Shown piece by piece: positions 27,242 to 38,605 of a stretch of DNA of 64,000 nucleotides (positions are counted from its first letter, which is position 1; each line of letters begins with the position of its first letter). Both the position numbers and the translations under genes were made by a program. Below the pieces are notes generated by a model that had not been told where the DNA came from, searched no databases, and was given only the letters and a program-made list of their open reading frames with translations. Origin of the DNA: Chiloscyllium plagiosum (taxonomy: Eukaryota); contig NC_057749.1 in the NCBI RefSeq assembly GCF_004010195.1, forward strand, positions 11,189,745 to 11,253,744, in the 5' to 3' direction.

Positions 27242-27526
27242 AGATTAGATTAGATTACTTACAGTGTGGAAACAAGCCCTTCGGCCCAAACAAGTCCACA
27301 CCGACCCTCCAAAGAGCAACCCATTCCCCTACATTTACCCCCTCACCTAACACTACAGGCAATTTAGCACAGCCAATTCACCTAACCTGCACATCTTTGG
27401 ACTGTGGGAGGAAACACAGAGAGAATGTGTAAACTCCACATAGACAGTTGCCTGAGGCGGGAATTGAACCCACGTCTCTGGCACTGTGAAGCAGCAGTGC
27501 TAACCACTGTGCCACCATGCCGCCCC
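27242..27526 (-). mobile_element. tRNA-derived SINE (HE1-like V-SINE)
   Basis: Head GGGGCGGCATGGTGGCACAGTGG (A box) ... GGTTCAATTCCC (B box); CR1-like 3' end with (TCTAA)n tail. Confidence 0.85.
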
Positions 27527-28299
27527 AAAAGCTCTGGTATAATCCTGACTGACCATCTGGTAACATTTTAAAATAAAATAGCTGATGATTTCAACACCTT
27601 AGCCACTTATACAAGTGATAAAGTTGGACAGGAAGTGAATCCAAAGTGCGTTTACAAGACCTCAGATATCTGACTCTCAGCTCTGGGATCCAGTCCAGCT
27701 CAGACAGATGGAACTGAAGTGTTCCAGTCTGGACATGTTCTGTGAAATGAGAGCAAATTGAGTACAAGAATGTACAGACTAAGATCAGAAAAGCTTCATG
27801 TTCAATATGAACAGGGTGAGTGGAAGGATCCTGAGAATGGGTAACACTTACAGGCGGGTCACAGGGCAGTATCAACCGGCCTTTGAAATCTGGAATCAGG
27901 AACCCAATTCACGTTAAGTGACTCATCCCAGCTCTATCCAGTCCCATGCACATGACTGCCTCAAGTGGATAATTTAGAATGGAGATATATATCATAAAGA
28001 GGCAATCCTGCAGCTTCACAAGGGCAGCACTTGAGGAATTCACTCACAATGAATGGAGCTGATTTCGTAATAACACTCAAACTCTGAAACCACAAAGGGT
28101 GACACCAGCACAATTTCTGAGTGAGACACTTTCTCTGATGGGTCAGATATTTCAAATGTTACCAGTAATGTCCTCAGCAAGAATAGTCACCAGGTATTCC
28201 AGAAATGCAAGCGCAGCATGATTAATGATAGTTGGGTGGCTTCTATTTGTTCTTATCTTTACTATAGAAAATAAGAAAATGAACCAGGGACAGTTTTAA

Positions 28300-30810
28300 A
28301 AAAAAAAATGAGTGAATCCTTAGAAGCATATAAAGGCAGTAAGAGTATACTTAAGAGGGAAATCAGAATGGCAAAAAACAGACATGAGATAGCTTTGGCA
28401 AATAGTGTTATTGAGAATCCAAAGGGTTTTTACAAATACATTAAGGACAAAAGGGTAAGTAGGGAGTGAATAGGGCCCCTCAAAGATCAGCAAGGCGGTC
28501 TTTGTGTAGAGCCACAGGAGATGGGGGAGATACTAAATGAGTTGTTGTGGTTCTGTTCGCCGAGCTGGGAATTTGTGTTGTAGACGTTTCGCCCCCTGTC
28601 TAGGTGACATCCTCAGTGCTTGGGAGCCTCCTGTGAAGCACTTCTGTGATCTTTCCTCCGGCATTTATAGTGATTTGTACCTGCCGCTTCCGGTTGTCAG
28701 TTCCAGCTGTCCGCCACAGTGGTCGGTATATTGGGTCCAGGTCGATGGGCTTGTTGATTGAATCAGTGGATGAGTGCCATGCCTCTAGGAATTCCCTGGC
28801 TGTTCTGAGAGAACAGCCAGGGAATTCCTAGAGGCATGGCACTCATCCACTGATTCAATCAACAAGCCCATCGACCTGGACCCAATATACCGACCACTGT
28901 GGCGGACAGCTGGAACTGACAACCGGAAGCGGCAGGTACAAATCACTATAAATGCCGGAGGAAAGATCACAGAAGTGCTTCACAGGAGGCTCCCAAGCAC
29001 TGAGGATGTCACCTAGACAGGGGACGAAACATCTGCAACACAAATTCCCAGCTCGGCGAACAGAACTACATCAACGAGCACCCGAGCTACAAATCTCCTA
29101 AACTTTGAATACTAAATGAGTATTTTGCATCAGTGCTTACTGTGGAAAAGGACATGGAAGGTATAGAATGTAGGGAAATAGATGGTGACATCTTGAAAAA
29201 TGTCCATGTTACAGAGGAGGAAGTGCTCGATATCTTGAAATACATAAAAGTGGATAAATCCCCAACAACTGATCAGGTGTACCCTAGAACTCTGTCGGAA
29301 GCTAGGGAAGTGATTGCTGGGCCCCTTGCTATTTGCATCACCGATAGTCATAGGTGGGGTGCCAGAAGACTGGAGGTTGGCTAATGTGGTGCCATTATTT
29401 AAGAAGGGTAGTAAGGACAAGCCAGCAAACTATACATCAGTGAGCCTGACATCAGTGGTGGGCAAGTTGTTGGAGGGAATCCTGAAGGACACGATGTACC
29501 TATATTTGGAAAGGCAAGAACTGATTAGGGATATCAACATGGTTTTGTGCGTGGGAAAGCATGTCTCACAAACCTGATTGAGTTTTTTGAAGAAGTAGCA
29601 AAGAGAATTGATGAGGGCAGAGGGGTAGACATTATACATGGACTTCAGTAAGGCGTTCAACAAGGATCACCATGGAGGACTGGTTAGCAAGGTTAGATGT
29701 CATGGAACACAGGGAGAACTAGCCATTTGGATACAGGACTGGCTCAAAGGTAGAAGACAGAGGGTGGTGGTGAGGGTTGTTTTTCAAACTGGAGACCTGT
29801 GACCAGTGAAATACCCCAAGGATCGGTGCTGGATCCACTACTTTTTGTCATTTAATTAAATAATTTGGATGTGAACATACGAGGCATACTTAATAAGTTT
29901 GCAGATGACACCAAAATTGGAGGTCCAATGGAAAGTGAAGAAGATTACCTCAGATTACAACTAGATTTTGATCGGATGGGCCGATGCGCTGAACAGTGGC
30001 AGATGGAGTTTAATTCAGATAAATGCGAGGTGCTGCATTTTTGGGAAAGCAAATCTGAGCAGGACTTATACACCTTAATGGTAAGATCCTAGGGAGTATT
30101 GCTGAACAAAGAGACCTTGGAGTGGAGGTTCATAGCTCCTTGAAAGTTGCAGGTAGATAGGATAGTGAAGAAGGCGTTTAGTATGCTTTCCTTTATTGTT
30201 CAGAGTATTGAGTACAGGAGTTGGGAGCTCATGTTGTGGCTGTACAGGACATTGTTAGGCCACTTTTGGAATATTGCATGCAATTCTAGTCTCCTTCCTA
30301 TCGGAAAGATGTTGTGAACTTGAAAGAGTTCAAAAAGGATTTGCAAGGATATTGCCAAGATTGGAGGATTTGAGTTACAAGGAGAGGTTGAATAGGCTGG
30401 GGCTGTTTTCCCTGGAGCGTCGGAGGCCGAGGGGTGACCTGATAGAGGTTTATAAAATCATGAGGAGCATGGATAGGATAAATAGACAAAGTCTTTTCCC
30501 TGGGGTGGGGGAGTCCAGAACTAGACAGCATAGGTTTAGGGTGAGAGGGAAAAGATATAAAAGAGACCTAAGGTGCAACTTTTCCACGTAGAGGGTGGTA
30601 CGTGTTTGGAATGAGCTGTCAGAGGAAGTGGTGGTGGCTAGTACAGTGGCAAAATTTAAAAGGCATCTGGATGGTTACATGCATAAGAAGGGATTGGAAG
30701 GATATGGGCCAGGTGCTGGCAGATGGGACTAGTTTGGGTTAGGATATCTGGTCGGCATGGACAAGTTGGACCGAAGGGTCTGTTTCCATGCTGTATGTCT
30801 CTATGACTGT
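28300..30810 (+). mobile_element. CR1 LINE (RT to 3' UTR), interrupted by a PLE hairpin
   Basis: VPEDWRLANVVPLFKKG, KFADDTKIGG and RGDLIEVYKIMR motifs; CTATGACT tail. Confidence 0.9.
28543..29108. mobile_element. Fold-back PLE insertion (266-bp arms) inside a CR1
   Basis: Arms 28541-28806 and 28810-29075; tail 29076-29108; TSD ATACTAAATGAGT at 28530-28542 and 29109-29121. The arm encodes a GIY-YIG C-terminus (TAREFLEAWHS...IDLDPIY). Confidence 0.9.
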
Positions 30811-32345
30811 GACTTTATCCACCACCAAACATGTCCCTGATCCATGCAAACCACCAACCAAATATCACCCATACTGTGATTCTTCCGCCTCTCTGAAGAT
30901 ATGTGTTTTGCAGGGATACAGGGCGAAAGTATCTCTCCTAACCAAAGGCTCACCCAACACCCAAGTCACCAGGAGTCACACATAAATTTCAGCTAGCTAT
31001 TTAATAGATGTTGAACTTCATTAATTATCCTCTCTCTGGCCAGACATTGGACCCATTGCTCTGACCCTCTCAACAACCAGACACTCGCCCTCACTCCATG
31101 ACAACTCCGGACATTAGACCTCGTTTCCTGATGTTCTCTCTCTCTCTCTCTCATAGGATGCTGACCTCATCTCCCCACCAACCCCCTTCTCTACCCAGCC
31201 AGTCTCTCTCTCTCTCTATCTCCCTCCACCTCTCGCCAGACACTGACCTCTCTCTCTCGGAACACTGATACTTTCTCTCTCGCTTTATCCAGTCAGTGAC
31301 CCTCTTTCTCTCTCTTTCCTCATTCTGGGCATTGATCCCCATCTCTCTCTCTCTCCGAACAGTGATCCCAATCTCTCTCTTTCTCCTGCCACTGGTCCCC
31401 ATCTCTCTCTTTCTCCAGGCTCTCTTTCCACGGACACTGAACCCCACCTCCCACTTTCTCCAGGCACTGGTCCCCATCTCTCTCTTTCTCCAGGCATTGA
31501 TCCCCATCTCTCTCCCTTTCTCCGGACACTGATCCACATCTGTCTTTCTGCGGACATTGAACCCCACCTCCCACTTTCTCCAGACACTGATCCCCATCTC
31601 TCACTTTCTCCAGGCACTGATCCCCATATCTCTCTCTCTCTCTCTCCGGGCACTGATCCCTATCTCCCACTTTCTCTGGGCACTGACCCCATCTCTCTCA
31701 CTCTGTCTCTCTCTCTCCAAACGCTGAAGCTATCACTCTCTATGAGTGGGCACATCTCTATGACTCTATGACTTTACCCACCACAAAACATGTCCCTGAT
31801 CTATACAAACCACCAAACAAATATCACCCATACTGTGATTCTTCCGCCTCTTTGAAGATATGTGTTTTACAGGGATACAGGTCGATAGTATCTCTCCTAA
31901 CCAAAGACTCACCCAAGTCACCAGGATTCACACACAAATTTCAGCTAGCTATTTAATAGATGTTGAACTTCATTAATTAACCCGCTCTCTGGGCAGACAT
32001 TGGACCCATCGCTCTGACCCTCTCAACACCCAGACACTTGCCCTCACTCCATGACCATCTACAGACAACAGACCTCATTTCCTGATGCTCTCTCTCTCTC
32101 ACAGGACACTGACCTCATCTCCCCACCAACCCTCTTCTCTCCCCAGCCAGTCTCTCTCTCTCTTTCCCCCCCCCCCCTCCAGACATTGACCTCTCTCTCT
32201 CTTGCTTTATCCAGTCAGTGACCCTCTTTCTCTCTCCACATTCTGGGTGCTGATCCCCATCTCTCTCTTTCTCCGGACACTGATTCCCACCTCCCACTTT
32301 CTCCGGAAACTGAACCCCATCTCTCTCAGAACTCTGTACACACAT
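30797..32345. repeat. Imperfect tandem duplication (period ~960 bp) with internal ~30-bp CT-rich minisatellite
   Basis: 30797-31400 recurs at 31755-32345 (both translate ...YHPYCDSSASLKICVLQGYR...); the unit CACTGATCCCCATCTCTCTCTTTCTCCAGG is expanded at 31330-31700. Confidence 0.9.
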
Positions 32346-32399
32346 GAACCTCTTTTTCTCTATCTCCAGAAACCAACACCACCAAGCACCCCTATCCCT

Positions 32400-33120
32400 C
32401 TGACTGTGGCGCTTTCTGAATCCAATGATCCGGGGGCGGTGGCCTGTGCCCCTCTGCTGCTGATTGGGAGACGCCGAGGCCGAGCCTCCTTAAGAAGCGG
32501 CTGTGTGCAGCCGCCGAGCCTCTGGGTGCCGCGGCTTTGTCGGTTCTGATGTGCAGTTTGCAGAGTGCCTTCCTGCGTTGGGCTGTGTTCCTGCTGCCGC
32601 CTCCTCAGCGGGACTCGCTGCCGCACGGCGGCTTCATCTTCTGGGATAAGCCTAAACCCCAGGATCCATGGAACGGCCCGGGCCGGGCCCCGCCTCGGGG
32701 CGGGCGGAGGGAGGTTCCCGGCAGAATCGGCCCGCCCTCGGCAGCACCATCCGGCCTGGGCCTCGGAGATACGGCTCCCCACCCGCCCTCTGCCGACCTC
32801 CGGAGCCTGGGGAACCCCGAGCGGTCGCTGATGGAAGACGCTACACTTTCCCGGCTGCAGGGGCCTGAGCCCCCGGGCTCCCAGCTCTCTCACCCCGGGG
32901 ATGTGAGTCCTTCCCCCACCGTCCGAATTCAAGTGGCGCCGGCCGAGGAAGAGCTGCTTAGCCCCGAGAAACCGAGTCCCAGCCGCGGGGGAACTTCCCG
33001 GTGAGGATAGAGGGGATGGGACGGTGAGATGTTGCGCTGGGAGAGGATGGGGATTGGGGGGGGGGCAGTGAAGATGGAGCCGACTGAGTTAGTCGCTACT
33101 ACAGAAACCACTCCGTCTTA
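32400..33120 (+). promoter_or_regulatory. LARP6 CpG island and proximal promoter
   Basis: CCAAT 32422-32426, GC box GGGGCGG 32433-32439 and inverted CCAAT 32463-32467, just upstream of ATG 32549; very CpG-rich. Confidence 0.65.
32549..33000 (+). CDS. LARP6: LARP6 (La-related protein 6) coding exon 1; start at ATG 32549 or in-frame ATG 32831
   Basis: GC-rich ORF containing TVRIQVA (human AVQIRVA), ending at a phase-2 GTGAGG donor at 33001 that is compatible with exon 2. Confidence 0.8.
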
Positions 33121-33929
33121 TCTCACACCCCCGCCTTTATCTTGCAAATTTTCTCCTTTTCAGGTCTTCATCCAATTCTCTACTGAAAGCCAAAAATGAA
33201 TCTGTACAAGGCGGTCCATTCTCGATCTTGGCCTATTGCTATGTTTGGTTTTTTTAAAAAAACTGTTCCGCTGATTCTGCCAGCTCTCTGGCAAATGGAT
33301 TGAAAGTGGATGAAAAGGTGTGGGCTTAAATGGAAAAGGTGGAATAGATAGTTCAAAACGAAAGGACAGTGAGAGAAATATCGCTTTTGATATGAGGACA
33401 AGCTAAAAGATACAATTTGATCAAACAGGAGCGAAACATTTAAAGAATTGAGCGCGATCTTCGACACATTGCGGTCTGGATCCAGAAACCGCTGTTGCGC
33501 ACAAACCTTGAAGGACCGCACAGTGGCAAGAAATGATGTAGGGAACGTGGGTTGAGAATGTTCTTCATAGAAACAAAGTATAGGGAAGAAATTGAGCGAG
33601 TTGCAACCGCAAATTCACCTTCAAGGCGAGAACATGGTAACTACTACAGAGACGGTTTCAAAATGATCAGGTCTAGAAATTAAATATACCAGGAGAAAAT
33701 TCAGTGATAAAAGGTAATTGGTAATAAAGAAGTCGAGAATTGAGGTGGAAATGATTTCGCACTCAAATAGGAAGTGCATTCAGTCCTCTAGTAAGTGTGC
33801 ATTATGTAAGTACTTTTTAAAAAAAACTTGTGCAACAACGTAGTAAAGGCTGCATAGTTTGAGTTCTTTGCCTTTCCTATAGGATAGGCGGACCAGCACC
33901 TAAAAAAAATAGGACCGTGCGCCCAGGCT

Positions 33930-35240
33930 CTTCCGCACCAATATATCTGCAACTGTCTGTACGCTAATGAGTTGGAGAGAGGAAACAAATGTTTAGTAGC
34001 CCGACTTGCAGATGAGACAAATGTAGGTAGAAAGGCAAGTTGAGAGGGATACAAACAATTTGAGATATTAAGAAGTTGAGTAAATGGGCAAAAAGTTGGT
34101 AAATGGAATACAAACGTCGGAAAATGTGAAGTTACCTTTAGACGAACAATATAACAGAACATTATTTAAGAGACAAGCTTCAGGAAGCTGAGCTAGCGCC
34201 CAAGTGAAGCAGGTAATCGGAAAGGCCAATTGAATGTTGGCCCTTATTTCAAAGGGTTGGAGTGGGACATCTTGCTACAAATGTACGAGGTCAAATCACA
34301 TGACACCAGGTTATAGTCCATAAGACCATAAGAAATAGGAGTGGAAGTAAGGCCATTCGGCCCATCGAGTCCACTCCGCCATTCAATCATGGCTGATGGA
34401 CATATCAACGCCACTTACCTGCACTCTCCCCATAATCCCTTAATTCCTTGCGAGATTAAGAATTTATCAATCTCTGTCCAACAGGTTTACTTGAAATCAA
34501 AGCTTTTGGAGCACTGTTCCTTAGGTGAAATTTACATAATTGCAATGTGATCCGTAGCCTTTCCAGGATCATCTCTGCAGACACTTTGTCTGTTAATATG
34601 TATGATTATCTTGGAGATCCCCTCCACCTGATGAAGGGGCTATGTTATGAAAGCTTGTGGTTTCAAATAAACCTGTTCAACTAAAACTTGGTGTCATGTG
34701 ACTTCTGACTTGTCCAACATAACATCTCCACATCATGGCCACAGCTGTATGCTGATGAGACCAATGTGGAGTACTGTGAGCAATTTTGGTCTCCTTTTAA
34801 GAGACTTTCATTGGAGGCTATTCAGAGAAGATTCACCAGAATCATTGCTGGTATGGACAAATTGTCCTGTGAGCAAAGATCAAATAGGTTGGGATTGTAG
34901 TCACTGGAGTTTGAAGAATGACAAGTGATATCAATGAAACACAGGATTCTTCAGGGGCTTGACAGGGTAAATGCTGAGAGAATGTTTTCCATAATGTCTT
35001 GAGACCAAAGGGCCATGGCCTTAGAATGACACCAAATTAAGACCGATGAGGTATTTAAGTGTTAGGAATCTTTTGGAACACCTTGTCAGGGAGCTGTAGG
35101 GGCAAAGTCCTTTGTATATTTAAGGGTGACATAAGTTCTTGATCAGTAGGGTAGTGGGGAAAAGGCAGGAAATTGGAAGAGGAGTGTTGGATCAGCCATA
35201 GGCAGGCTGAACAGCCTACTCCTGCTCGTTATTACGGTCT
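33930..35240 (+). mobile_element. Old CR1 fragment in LARP6 intron 1
   Basis: Degenerate ADETNVG and MEYNVGKCEV motifs plus 3' UTR. Confidence 0.65.
34290..34740. mobile_element. Old fold-back PLE insertion containing a nested CR1 3' tail
   Basis: 34290-34320 plus 34476-34527 are inverted relative to 34625-34710. CR1 tail at 34321-34475 is flanked by GTCCA. Confidence 0.6.
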
Positions 35241-35864
35241 TTAAAAGTCAACATGGTGGCATGTGATATTACAGTAATAAGCAATGGGCCAGATTTAGTT
35301 AGCAAATACTTAGAATATTTCACTATATGCTCACTTCAACTGGATTGGAGAAAGACTTAAGTTAGGTAGCTAAACCTTTTGATGGGTAAAATTACTGCTC
35401 ATTTGTATTCAGAACTGTTTTGGCATAACCAGAGTTCTATTTGACAAAAGCTGCAGCAGTTGATCTCTTGAAGAGGTGTAGGCCAATATAAAACCAAAAA
35501 ACATACAAATAACTCTTGGCAATTGGAAAAGCAGCAAAAATGCAAAGGATGAACAAATGATAACTGGTGCAACAAATAGTATTAAACTTTTGCTAATAGT
35601 ACAAAATCCACACCTTTTATAACGAATTTAAATAAGAGGATGGTCAGGTGAAATGTGACCACCTAAAATTTGTAACTTTGGTAGTTAATGAAAATGAGGA
35701 ATTCTGTATTTATAGTAAGGATGTCAATATGCTACATATCCGAATTTGTCCCCGAATGCTGACAGCTTGGAAGTGATGGTTGGTTGTCTTTGAAGCATCT
35801 CTAAATCACAGTTTAAGTATAAAGTTGAATATTTAAGTGAAATAATTTGTTTTTAACTTAAAAC

Positions 35865-36035
35865 AAATCCAAAGAACTACAAATATTGGAAATCAAACAA
35901 ACAAATTGATGGGAAAACCAGGTCTGGCAGCATATGTGGTGAGAAAACACTATTATGACCCAAGACATTAATTCTGCTTTCTATCCACAGATTCTGTCAG
36001 ACTGGAATTTACCCAACAATTTTTCATTTGTATTT
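35865..36035. mobile_element. Degenerate fold-back PLE terminus
   Basis: Imperfect inverted repeat resembling the termini of the 58225-60105 family. Confidence 0.4.
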
Positions 36036-36231
36036 GTTTAACTCTGGTAAATTTATGTTCCATTGTTGAGTATATTGCAGACTTAAACTCAATTTTTTTT
36101 GGATTGGGAGTTGAGGTTTGGGAAACAGGCAGCAAAGCAGAGTTGAGATAGAAGTAGCCATGATCATATTGAAGTCACAGACTCAAAGGGCCAAATGGCC
36201 TACTATTTATTTTCTCGTGTGCTTCTCCAAG

Positions 36232-36430
36232 TGCCTCATTCAGTGGAGCAGAGGATGAACTGGACAGTGACTGGAGATCGCCTGAACCTGAGTTAATACA
36301 AAAACTAATTGCTCAGATTGAATATTACCTTTCCGATGAGAACCTGGAGAAAGATGCATTTCTTCTGAAACATGTGAGAAGAAATAAAATGGGATATGTC
36401 AGTGTTAAACTACTGACATCCTTCAAAAAG
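36232..36430 (+). CDS. LARP6: LARP6 exon 2 (La motif, N-terminal part)
   Basis: Encodes ...DWRSPEPELIQKLIAQIEYYLSDENLEKDAFLLKHVRRNKMGYVSVKLLTSFKK. AG acceptor at 36230-36231 (alternative in-frame CAG at 36241-36243), GTATGT donor at 36431. Confidence 0.95.
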
Positions 36431-37044
36431 GTATGTTTCAATATTGGAGAATGGCGGAGGTAAAATAGAAAAAATTGTTTGTGATCAAAGTAGCGGTTTA
36501 TTTTTGGTGATACATACTGAACTGCAGTCCTTAGACTGAAATGGAATCTGTACACCGTTCAAATGTAACTACTTGAATTAGGTTTTCAAGAGTCCAGCTC
36601 TCCGCTCAGGATGAATAATGTTGCATGCTATGTCACATCACCTCCACCATACAGGGAAAAAATTCTTTAATCTCATCAAGTCTGTGCTGGTTAAAGACAA
36701 ACACCTAACAATTCTAATCCCTCATATGAATTAAGCTTTTGGATTGCATTAAATTTTTGAATTTTCTTATTCTTGATTAAATCATTAACTCTGCCTAAAA
36801 TGAGTGGGTGCTGGTGAATTTGTGTTCATGAAATGTCTTTCACAACTCTCTACAAATCAATGGGAAATGGTGGTCAGTGGTAATGTTATTAGGCAAGTAA
36901 TTTAGACTAATGCTCCAGAAACGTTAGTTCAAATGTCACCAATGAGGTGGGGGGATTGAATTCAGTTAACCCGGAAAATAAAGTTAGCCTTAAATGCCAA
37001 ACTTATTTGAATTGCATTCACCCAACGATTGCTTCCATTCAAAA

Positions 37045-38605
37045 AGACCATAAGACGTGGAGCAGAAATTAGGCCATTCAACCCATAGTCTGCTCAGCCA
37101 TTCAGTCATGGCTGATAAGTTTCTCAACCCCATTCTCCTGTTTTCACCCTGTAACCATCATCTCCTTGACAATCAAGAACCTATCTATCTCAATCTTAAA
37201 TATACTCAATGACCTGGTCTCCACAGTCGTCTTTGACAATGAATTCCACAGATTCACCATTCTCTGGCTGAAGTTCCTCCTTATCTCTGTTCTAAAAGGT
37301 GTTTCCTTACTCAAAGGCTGTGTCCTTGTCTCTCCTACCAATGGAAACTGTCTACAATATTCAGTATGTTCCAATTTGAACCCCTTCCCAACTCCATCGA
37401 ATATAAATCCACAGTCCTCAAACATTGTTCAGGTTAAGCTTCTCATTCCTGGGCCATTCCAGTGAACCTCCTCTGAACGTGCGCCAGGGCCAGTATATCC
37501 TTCCTGAGATATGGGGCCCAAAACTGCACACAATACTCCAAATTTGGTCTGAGCAGAGCCTTATACAGCCTCAAAAGCTTTTATATTCAAGTCTTCAAAA
37601 TAAATGTCGGCATTGCATTTGCCTTCCCTAACTACTGACTCAATCTGCAAGTTTAGCTTGAGAGAATCCTGGACTAAACTCAAGTCTCTTTGAACTTTAG
37701 ACTTCTGAATTTTCTCCCCATATAGAAAATAGTCCATGCCTCTATTCTTCTTACCAAAGTGCATGACCTCAGACTTCCCCATGTTGTACTCCATCTGCCA
37801 CTTTGCTCATTCTCCTAACCTGCCCAAATGCTTCTGCAGTCTCCCCACCTCAATGTTACCTGTCCCTCTACCTATCTTTACATCATCTGCAAACTTGGCT
37901 AGAATGCACTCAGTTCCTTCATCCCGACCGTTAACGTATAAAGTGAAAGGTGTGGTCCCATCACAACCTTGTGGAACACCACTTGTCACCAGCTGACATC
38001 CTGAGAAAGACCCTTTTTATCCCTACCCTTTTCTTTCTGCCAGACAGCCAAGCTTTTAAGCATGCTAGCACCTCGTCAGAGGCCTTCTTGAAATCCAGAT
38101 AGATAATATCCATTGGCTCCCCTTGGTCTAACCTACTTGTCCTCAAAGAATTCTGGCAGATTTCAGGCATGACCTCCCCTTGATGATACTATGCTGACTT
38201 TGCCCTATTTTGCCATACACATCCAAGTATTCCGAAATCTCATCCTTCACAATGGATTCCAGGATTTACCCATGACTAGGGTTAGGCTAATTGGTCTGTA
38301 ATTCTGACTTTTGCCTTACTGTCTTTTTAAACAAGGGCCTCATGTTAGTGATTTTTCCAGTCCTTTGGGACTGTTCATGATTCTAGTGATTACTGAAAGG
38401 TCAGCACTAACACCTCCCCTACCTTTTCAGCTACCTCCCTTAGAATTCTAAGAGTGTAGTCCACTTGGTCCAGGTGATTTCTCCATCTTTCGGGCATTTA
38501 GTTTTTTGAGCACCTTCTTGGTAATGGTCAACATACTCAGCTCTGCCCCCCTCACACTCTTGAAGTTTTGGGATATTACTCATGTCTTCTACTGTGAAGA
38601 CTGGC
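37045..38605 (-). mobile_element. CR1 fragment in LARP6 intron 2
   Basis: TSGVPQG...AKFADDVKIG and MEYNMGKSEVMHFG motifs. Confidence 0.85.

Noticed and set aside
31151-31670. Repetitive ORFs on both strands
   Set aside because: Translation of the CT-rich minisatellite.
31330-31700. ~30-bp repeats superficially like a CRISPR array
   Set aside because: Head-to-tail degenerate units with no unique spacers, in vertebrate DNA; it is a minisatellite.
32360-32932. 190-aa antisense ORF over the LARP6 CpG island
   Set aside because: Expected by chance in very GC-rich DNA; no recognisable domain.
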